Shown piece after piece: positions 54,734 to 64,000 of a DNA stretch of 64,000 bases. The notes below the pieces were generated by a model. That model saw nothing but the letters and a program-made list of their open reading frames with translations. It made no database searches and was not told the origin of the DNA. Location: positions 3,318,485 through 3,382,484 of the forward strand of contig NC_134027.1 of NCBI RefSeq assembly GCF_964204645.1, written 5' to 3'. Origin of the DNA: Tubulanus polymorphus (Eukaryota > Animalia > Nemertea). The position numbers were made by a program, and so were the translations under genes. Positions within the stretch are counted from its first letter, which is position 1. Each line of letters starts with the position of its first letter.

Positions 54734-56229
54734 GAATAATGTGCATTAAAATGGAATAATAATACAGCGATACAAGTGCTATAAAATAACACGCGTGGAA
54801 TAAGAGTTGATCAAAGCTGTGATGACATTAGGATGTATTGCCCTCTATAAACACGAGAAAACATATACCGTGTGCGTTAAATAAGTGCTGTCTTCACGTT
54901 ATAATGTAAAAGGTCAGATTGAAATATACCCTGGTTAAATATTTGTAAGTATTTTTTCACTTTTGTTCGATATTTACTTCTCAATCAGGTCATTTCTAGT
55001 ACAGACCCGGGTTTGAGTACCAGTACATTTTAGCTGATGTATTGGTGCAAAATATATTTGCAAAAAAAAGTATTCTTCACATTTATTTAAGGCTTAAACT
55101 AACTATTCGATTCATTTAGTAGATTGAACAGAATATTTTTTATTTATTGATTTTTACGTTTAAGTGCCTAGATTATCCTCAGAATACCCACTGTTGCCTA
55201 TATAGTACAATATGATGACCTATTAGTGTATATTGAAATGCGTTACTCGGTATGATAATCATATCAACATTCGTTTGCTATGCGTGTGCCGGGTCAGGCA
55301 TCTAAATGGATCTGGTGACAAGCTTTTTAGAATAATTCATAGACCTGCACTGGTTATATAATATAATACTGGTAATTATATATACAACAGATTGTGTGAC
55401 TCTACATGTACTGGTATTTATATTTATATGCTTACATGTTTGTACTGTGTGGCCTATTTATGAGATTCTATCAAATACAGGTAAACTCTCATTCTCCACT
55501 GGTAAACTTAATTTCCACTTCATGTATCCGCGTTTTTCTGAGAGATCCAACTCGTTGAATTGGGAACTATATTGAAGATAAGATTACATGTATATGTTTT
55601 CATAGAATTTGATTTAAAGGGTCACCTTTATGTCTATCATCGGTAATTAAATGTATCAAGGTTCACCTATTTAGCATTGTATTTTTCAACTTTACCCCTG
55701 GATTTCACTTCAATACCAATTCATATGAGTTACATGAGTTGACAGTGTACATGTCAGTGGTTTATAAAACATTATTCCTAGAATTCAGAGATCATCATCA
55801 TAAAGGTAGTAATAATCTCACTGTTGCTATGTATATTCATTCTGAACTGGCAGTCAGTCACTCAGCTGACTACCAGTGTATTTTGTACTTGCTCGTAATG
55901 CACAAAAATTCAGCAGATCATCATGCTTCTCACAGTTTCATATAGTGTGCTACTTTAATTTGTAAAAGCAGCATTGGATGGTATGGTACGTATTCATGCT
56001 TCTAACTTGTTGATCTAGTAACATACAATATTCAGTATCTATGAAATCTTGTGTATGGTTCTGATTGTACATTGATCAAGTCAAATTGTTTTATGTTATG
56101 CCGTCTACCATTTTTGATCTAAATGAAGTATTCTATTGGTATTCATATCATTTTAGTTGATCAGATAATAACTAATTGTAAGAATAGATCTTGAAATTAT
56201 GAAGATTTCTTATAGGTGAATAAACCATC

Positions 56230-58420
56230 ATGTCGCACCAACGTCAAAAGATTGCAGTCATTGGTGCTGGTGTAATAGGTCTCACAACAGCTGTATGCTT
56301 ACAAGACACATACCCATCAGCTGATATAACTATCATAGCTGATAGATTTGGTACAGACACGGTCAGTACTATAGCTGCTGGACTATTACGAATAACGAAA
56401 ACCCATACACCAGGCACTCCAGCAGACGTACTTGGGTACGTATCATCGGTAGCATCCATTATTGATCTTAAGCTATTAATCAATCACTTGTATCTCATAG
56501 CTTTAAAAACCTCATTACAATGACACATGAATAGACTAGAAAATCTTATTCAAATCTTCTTTCAGGCGATGGAGTCGTGATTCATTTGAGTTTTTTGATA
56601 ATCTAGCCTACTCGGCCGAGTCCCCCCATTGTGGAATTGCACCGCAGTCTGTTACCCATGTGTTCTACGAAAAACCAGAGGTAATGAGGAATATTAGAAA
56701 CCAGTAGTTATGACATCGTGACCATTTCTGATCTTTCGTTACTTGCATTGATAAATGATTTACGTGTATATGGCAATATAATAATGCGTTGAAAGTCTAT
56801 GACGGCGGATGCTATGTGATGGTATTTTTATCGATATGAAGAATCAAAAGGCTTTATTTCACTATGGAAATACATTATTGATTACGAGTGGAGCGATTAT
56901 GCATTAGTTTCCGAACGTCTTATGAGATTTTTGTTTTGTAGGAGGAGCCATTTTATAAAAATTTTGTTCTTGGGTACAGAGAACTTTCTGAGAAAGAGCT
57001 GAAACACTTTCCTGGCTTTAAGTGAGTGGAATGTTGGAATAATTACGCGACTATATAAAATGTAGATAACATCTAGAGCAACTATTATTAATATTTTGGT
57101 ATTTGTGTTGTAGATTTGGTGTCAACATTCTTACAACTATAATGGAAGGAAATAAATTCTTGCCATGGCTTACCAACAAGTAAATGTTGACCAAAAAGAA
57201 ACGCTTAGTTTAATAAAAGATTATTCAGATTATCTCTGGTAAAAATGGGGCTGCTTGTTCCACAGTTAAGAAATAAGTGAACCATAAAAGGCAATTAGGT
57301 TGAACTGTTGCGTGACCTACATTTTAATAAACAGTAGAATTACATACCTTTTGATATCATACAGTACGTTGGTTGATTTGATTCTTTTAATGTATTATTG
57401 AGGCAGTATGTGTTATGTAGACTACAAATGATCGTATAATATCGATCTGATTTTTTATTCTCATAGGTTTAAATCGAGGGGTGGAAGAATTGAAGTTTGT
57501 AAACTGAGCTCCTTGGAACCATTAGTTGATAAATACGATGTTGCAGTTACATGTTGTGCGCTTGGAGCTCGAGAACTACTCAATGATAAATCTGTCTATC
57601 CAGTCAGAGGTCAAGTTATTCGTGTTGAAGCCCCATGGTTAAAATTTTCATTTTTTGCACAGAATGGAGTATATATTATAGTTGGGTCAGTAATTAGTTC
57701 CTAGATAATAGTGTAGAACTCACTTGATTCATCAGGTGACTATCGGACTGCACAGATTTGTCAAAATTAAGTAAAATCTGAATTATGAATAATTGTTCAA
57801 ATGTTTCCTGGTTAAATGTACCATAGTGAGAGACAATCCTGATTGAAAAATCCAAATTAAGTGAGTTCGACCGTGAATCAAAAGTTGCATAGAATCTGAA
57901 ATACTGACTGGAAATAATCTTAGAACTTTTGTTATAGGAAAAATTACACAACCGTGGGTGGTGTTCGTCAGGTGAATGATTGGAATTTGGAAGAAGATCC
58001 AAAAGATACAGAAATGATCTGGAAAAAAGCAGTTGAATTCATGCCATCACTGAGAGTAAGCTGCAACTACTGTCTTATCATAATCTCATTCATCAAAGGT
58101 ATCTGCTATTAGGACGTCATTTTCGTTTTCAGGATGCAAAGAGATTAGGCGTCTATGTTGGATTGCGACCCGCACGTAGACCAGTTCGGGTTGAAAAGGA
58201 AGTCATGAACTTTGGTTCAAAAACTCTTAAGGTACCGGTATATATCAAGCCTGAATAAATCTTGCACGAAAGAGAATTCTTATAATAACCTCAAATTCAT
58301 TTACCTTTTTAGGTTGTACACAATTATGGACATGGTGCTAATGGTGTTGGTCTCAGTTGGGGAACCGCAAAACACGCAACAGAACTAGTCGGTGAATTTC
58401 TCCAGAAATCAAAGCTATAG
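56230..58420 (+). CDS. Peroxisomal FAD-dependent D-aspartate / D-amino-acid oxidase, multi-exon
   Basis: IAVIGAGVIGLTTA (GxGxxG), YPVRGQVIRVEAPW, VGLRPAR..VRVE, VVHNYGHGANGVGLSWGTA, C-terminal PTS1 SKL*. DDO versus DAO is not resolved by eye. Confidence 0.92.
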
Positions 58421-59333
58421 CTTGAAGCAATTCCATATCTTCTTTTGTGTATTTTTGGAGTCTATATTTTCATGTAGGTTTATATTCTTAAGCTATGAAA
58501 TGGATAGATGTACCTCTTACAGTGGAACCTCGTTAATCCACATCTTGAGGGCAAAAGTGAAATTGTTGTATTAAACGGGTTTTGTATCATCCAAATCTTG
58601 ATTGATATGAATATCTTAGCTGGAAATCATTGTAATAAACAGGTTTCATCTTCAACAGAATAGGTCTAACGAGGTCTAACTGTAATCGTTTTTTCCAGAA
58701 TTATATACCTCATACATGTATTGAAATGAACTAATGTGTAATAGTGTCGAGTGAATAGTTAACATTTGTAGTAGCAATACATGTCGTTATTTTCCATCCA
58801 AATTTCAATAAAAGTAATTTCCAGAAATTAAATTGTCTAGTTGTTACTAGTGCAAGGTTCGTACCATTTTCTGAGGTCACTAGCACTTTGTAGCTATTGG
58901 TAGTAGACGGATCATTAATTGTCTATAACTGGATTGCTTATAGACAAACTAATGGACTGTCAGAATAGTGTAAGAAATAAAGACCCTGATTTTCAAAAAG
59001 GATAATTATTTCTATAGTTAATTTTTTGACTATATCTGCTAACTTACATGTTTCAAACGCTTACTTATACATGTAGAAATAATTGACTTGATCACATCAA
59101 TGGATACACTATGACTGGATTTTATTCTAAAAGTGTCTAATATAGATATACATAGTACATGTTGCCCCACTTGTGATAGACATTACAATATCATAATAGA
59201 TGTAGTAAAAATATCATTTTACAAGCAATTAGGATTGCAACTGTTATATGTATGAAACGCACAAAATCATACAATGTATGAATGCTTTGCATAGGTAATC
59301 ACATGAGCTCAGGAACATATCAATATCTTCCTT

Positions 59334-59891
59334 TTAATCTAAAATTTCCATTTTCATTGCTCCACTCACATATTTGATAACAACATCAATAAGTTCTTTT
59401 TTGATAAGAACATCGGCATTGATTAATGCAGCCAGCATTACTACATCTGTATAGTGTAGTTTATTGACAATGATTCGCGCATTATCATAAAGTTCACGTT
59501 TTTTGTCGGGTTCCATTTCCCAAAGTATTTGACTTAGAGGTTTGAATTTGCCATTTGCCATATAAGCTGCTGTACATCCACCAAATGCACCTCCTAAAAT
59601 AAGAGAATTGATAAAAAGAAAGTTCAGGACTCAAGTTTGGTTCTAGTTTTTGAAAATGATCTAAAATTGGTCCTAGCCCCTACCAGGCCTGGGTGGCCTG
59701 ACTCATGCTATATGAGTTGTTCAGTACTAACCTATAGCTAATCCAGGAGGACCAAGGAGTACTCCTCCGATTGCTGTACTCAATCCTGCTATTAATCCAC
59801 CTTTAACACTTTCCTTTACATTAACTCGCAGATTTGCTTCATCTGACAATGTTCCGAGGAGCTTCAATAAGTCTTCTACATCCACTGGCAT
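59334..59891 (-). CDS. C19orf12: C19orf12 homolog (glycine-zipper membrane protein), 2 coding exons
   Basis: [72 protein letters not shown]. Confidence 0.93.
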
Positions 59892-60344
59892 CGTATGGAT
59901 TCGGAAAGTCCTAAGAGAAAACGAAAGTTGTGTGCGTTAACAAGCTGGAGCTGTTGACAGCAGAGGGCGAGCAAGTCACCTGGTCACTGGGGCTAGCCAG
60001 AAGTATAGTCCAGGGTACTGGGGTTGGTAAATGATACTGGCTTTAAAATGTGAGACATGCCCATTAGCAAGTGGCGCTGGGAAAACAGGAAGCGCGTTTT
60101 TTCAATCAATCATCGCATATTGAATTTTATCGCACTTTTTGACACCTCCTCATCCAGTCGTGTCGTCAATGAGTCATCACACCACCTGGATGAGTGGATT
60201 CTATTACATAACACACACAATACAGCACGTACATACTCCAGGCACTCGTCGGTTGAGATGAATGAATAAAACGATAAGAAAGACTATAGAAACTACTTAA
60301 TACCTGTGGCACGCGTCCACTTCCGTACGCCAACTACTCAAATT

Positions 60345-60474
60345 ACTTCCGGGTTGGTATAAAGGCCACGTGTCATGCGCAGTTTTGTTTACATCACGTG
60401 ACATCCAGCATTCCAAATATGGCAACTGATTAGATATGCCGTCCAATGAGCTAGCGCTATTATCAATGACGTCA
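60345..60474. promoter_or_regulatory. Motif cluster in the C19orf12/TP53INP divergent promoter
   Basis: ETS-like ACTTCCGG at ~60345, TATAAA 60358-60363, E-box CACGTG 60367-60372, FoxO TTGTTTAC 60385-60392, CLEAR-like TCACGTGAC 60394-60402, CRE TGACGTCA 60467-60474. Confidence 0.6.
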
Positions 60475-61178
60475 GTGTATGTTTTGTTTGGGAAATTGCA
60501 TCCAGCAGAACAAGAATCCGTCAGAAAAGCATCTATTTTTCTTCGAATTTACAAAATCTAGAACTTTTTACAGCAACATATTTGAATCTGTGCATTCAGA
60601 TTTATCTCAGGTATTGTATGCATATCTATTTATAAAGAAATATGCGCTAGATTGTTCGAAAATAGACGTTTCATTGGTTATGTTTATAGTCATTCCGATG
60701 TCAACAACAACCAGCTGACCGAGCTGTCAAAATCGCTAGGATATAGATTTAGGTTTTTGAAGGTATTACGTTGGAAAATAAGTCGATTTCACTGAAGTAT
60801 TCATTTAATTTACCAAATGATGATGTAATGTAATAAATTTGATATGCTCATGGGTTTTTATAACCCAACTGAAACAGATTGTCAGACAATGTTTTTGTTA
60901 TGCTTTGTTTGGGTTGTTGAGGCTCCAAAAGGGACGCGAACTTTACAAAATAGGCTAACACTTTATCCTGCATCATCATCCTCGGATGGGATGAGGTTAT
61001 AGAACTTCATATAGCGACCGAGCAATAAGTGAACTAGACTCTAAACCTTGAATTGACCTTAGGTTTTATTAAGTAGCTTATAAAACATGGTTCGAACATT
61101 CATTCCTTTAATTACCTCAGTCTAGGGATCGGCTGGCTAATCCGAACATTTCACAACTTTATTCCCCAGGCAGCAATA

Positions 61179-63029
61179 ATGTTGAGCGGAATTGCCAACT
61201 GGGTTTTTGGAGCTTCTGAAGATGGGACCGAAAATGCTGTTAATGAGATCAATCTCAAAACGACTGTCGTTGATGACGAATGGACCTTGGTTGATAAAGA
61301 AAGTGAGTATCTAAATTATTCATTATCTTAGTTAGAAACCTACAGTTGTTAATGATAATTAAATCATTTTTTTAGAAATAAGATAAAAGGGTTTCCAGAT
61401 ATTGACATATTAATCTATCAAATAATACCAAAAAAATCTGTAAGGAAGACATGGCCTAAAGCCCATGAATCTAACTTGATAGCAGTTAGCCTTCTGAACA
61501 CTTTCATCAAGTTGTGTGTGGTATGTTAGTTATGGTGACCCTGTAAATTTTCTGTGCTCTAGAATTGAAATTTTGGTTTAATATTCAATAATAGCTTTGT
61601 TAGAGCGTTAGAATTGCTTACTGGCCTTTATTAATGGACCTGGATGAACTTGCCATGACCTGTGAAGACTATCAATGACCCAAAATATTTTAATAAGTAA
61701 TGAATTGATGATTTTGTATTTGTCATTAATAAAGGTTCATGTGCATTTTATCTATGCCTAACAAAGCTACACTATAAAGCCTGTTAAAACCTTTAAAACC
61801 TATCCCGCCTGTTGTTTCTGTGTTTCACATGTCTTAAGTCTTATTAATGCTTGTTTCTGACTTTTGTTTGTTTTAGTTCAATATTTGCACCCATTTCATT
61901 TTCATAATTTGAATATATTGTGTGTCTTCCTATTATGTTTGTGGTGGAGTTTTACACTGTATTTATATGTGTGTGGTAGAAGTATCATTCATGTTTTAAG
62001 GTATATAGGTCTCTCTTGGTTTTCTCTCAATATCCAATTCTGTTCCTATTCTACAACCTTAATTTCATAAATAATTCATAAGGTTTCAAAATCTCTATGC
62101 CAACTGGGGTTACAGGAAAGATCGCATGATTATAAATAATCTCCTGTAATTCAGTTGAAGGACACAGGCCTAGGCTATAGCCGCGACAATCACACAAGAG
62201 CATTTTTGACCCGAGCTAAATTTTTCCCATGCCAGGGAGCCAACTGTGCACACTGGTGCCAAATGGACCCTTGTTTGTTTGGCATGAGCCTGATCAAAAA
62301 CGTTGGAACACACTCTCTAGGTACGGGCCATGTTTGGTCCGGGGAAATTCAACTCCGTGTGATTGAGGCTCTTAGATAGGCCTGAATTCATAGGTTAGAA
62401 AATATTCATGCCAACATTACTGAGGTTGCAGGAAAGATAGCATGATCTCCTGTCAGTCAGTTGAAGAATATGAACTATTTAACCAAGCAACATGAGTCCA
62501 AAGTTAGATAATGGGTGTAATAACATTTCTTTCAGATTGTATAGATTGTAACGATACTTCTCCTACACACAGTGTTCACTCCAACAATAGTGAGGACAGT
62601 TGGTTGGTAACTCCTCCCGCTTGTTTTACTGCAGGGCAGCAAAAACTTGAAACGAGCTCCATGGAAAATTTACTCATAGAACATCCTAGTATGTCAGTGT
62701 ATCATACGCGAGGCCGGCCGGGAAGCGCCGGTCTCGAAGAGTCTTCCTCAACCAGCAGTAACGATGCTGATGAAGCTGGTCCGAGTCGTCGCGCAGTAGT
62801 TACAGCTCCTCACCACCGTCCTAGAGCTTTAGCTCATAGCGCCGCCGGGTTACTGACGCAGCAACTAAATAAACCTATGCAACGCGCCACTCAGAAGATC
62901 GCCAAACGAAATATGAGCAAAAACAAGCTGAATCGCGTGAACAAAGTCCACGACTATCATCTTCGCTCAGGAAACAATTTACGTCGCAAGCAACACTTCG
63001 TCAACCAGCCTAACAAGAGGAAGTGCTAG
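61179..63029 (+). CDS. TP53INP1/TP53INP2 (DOR) family autophagy regulator, exons 61179-61302 and 62536-63029
   Basis: MLSGIANWVFG, acidic LIR DDEWTLV, DOR box EDSWLVTPPACFTA...MENLLIEHPSMSVY, basic C-terminus ending NQPNKRKC. Confidence 0.92.
62073..62466. repeat. Two diverged direct repeats (62073-62160, 62385-62466), each containing a hairpin
   Basis: Shared AATTCATA.GGTT...ATGCCAAC...CTG.GGTT.CAGGAAAGAT.GCATGAT...CTCCTGT...TCAGTTGAAG. Confidence 0.7.
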
Positions 63030-64000
63030 AAATTACTGATTTTAGTCTGATTTTAAATTCAACGTTTTGTTGCTTTGTATTTGGTGTTTGTTTTAATTCT
63101 ACCGTGATAACTTTAAAAAAAATAATACTAGCATCGCTCGGAGTTTTTATGATATTACTTTCCATAAAATGTAAAGCCCTGTTACAATACGCATAGCCTA
63201 CGTTACATAAGAGTTTATTGAGTACGCAATATTTTCAACCAAAATAAAACGAAATAATTTTTTGTTCGGTGAAAAAAAATGTATTGAAATGAATTGCCCA
63301 ACTACCTCAGGGATGTGGACATCCTTAAAACTTCGTTTTTACATTTGAAATAGCTGTTGTAAAAATATTAAAGCAAATATTTTATTGAAACCTTACATCG
63401 TAAGTGATTAACCCGGTTGGCAAAATTCCGAGTTAAATGAACAAACCTCAGAAATCAGTTTTAAAGGTTCAATAAGACACAGTCCTATCTTAGTGCCATG
63501 TAAATCATTTGCATAATCTCTGAGTGTGATATATTACCATCAGTTTATCATCAATGAAATACGTGTCAAACAACGGTGCCGTCATCATGCAGCAATATTT
63601 AATAACAGGAAAAATAGGGTGAAAAAAAAATTGTGTATGTAAATTGTATAGATTTATGCCTTTGTTAGAATTCCATGTTGCAATATTAAATTATGTATAT
63701 CAAATGATTATATACATGAAAAAAAATTAGTATTTCTTCCTATCGAAGACTGCTTGTTAATTAATATTTATAATAATTAATCGATTATCACTTTCATACA
63801 ATAATCATACATTCAAGTTAATTGTTAATTATCAATGGGTAGATTATATGAATAGACCATGGGTGTTTATTATCAGGACTGATATATATGTGTAATCAAG
63901 GGAATGTATAATTAATGGATATTGCAAGCAAGCCACCATGTGCATTTTTTGTCATAAAATTGACAAGAAACATCGAATTGTTAATATCTGTGAGTGAATG

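Overview
This is a gene-dense, AT-rich, intron-containing animal nuclear DNA window. Short (~60-120 nt) GT-AG introns and the gene content point to a compact invertebrate genome, probably lophotrochozoan (inference; species not determinable here). I read 17 protein-coding genes by hand-splicing: NOL8 (partial), LTA4H, BAP1, SPATA2/tamo-like, RNMT, FAM210A, a large EGF-NIDO-AMOP-vWD-EGF-TSP1 membrane mucin-like gene, NDUFS7, TMEM203, QNG1 (C9orf64), MAF1, an orphan disordered adaptor-like gene, MRPL3, URI1, a D-aspartate/D-amino-acid oxidase, C19orf12 and TP53INP/DOR. Fourteen of them form seven head-to-head pairs. Several MITE-like elements with visible TIRs/TSDs lie in introns and intergenic DNA. 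The most notable signals are: (1) a tandemly duplicated 112-nt LTA4H exon carrying the third zinc ligand, separated by only 28 nt, i.e. probable mutually exclusive active-site isoforms; (2) an 18-nt microexon and a 17-nt stop-inducing exon candidate in a long BAP1 intron directly after the UCH domain; (3) microsynteny shared with human (RNMT-FAM210A divergent pair; URI1-C19orf12-TP53INP); (4) a MUC4-like protein that lacks the GDPH autocleavage site but has a juxtamembrane furin site; (5) a young 115-bp MITE with 9-bp TSDs and a two-hairpin structure with complementary loops. No rRNA, tRNA or CRISPR was recognised. All gene identities come from recognised motifs, not database searches.
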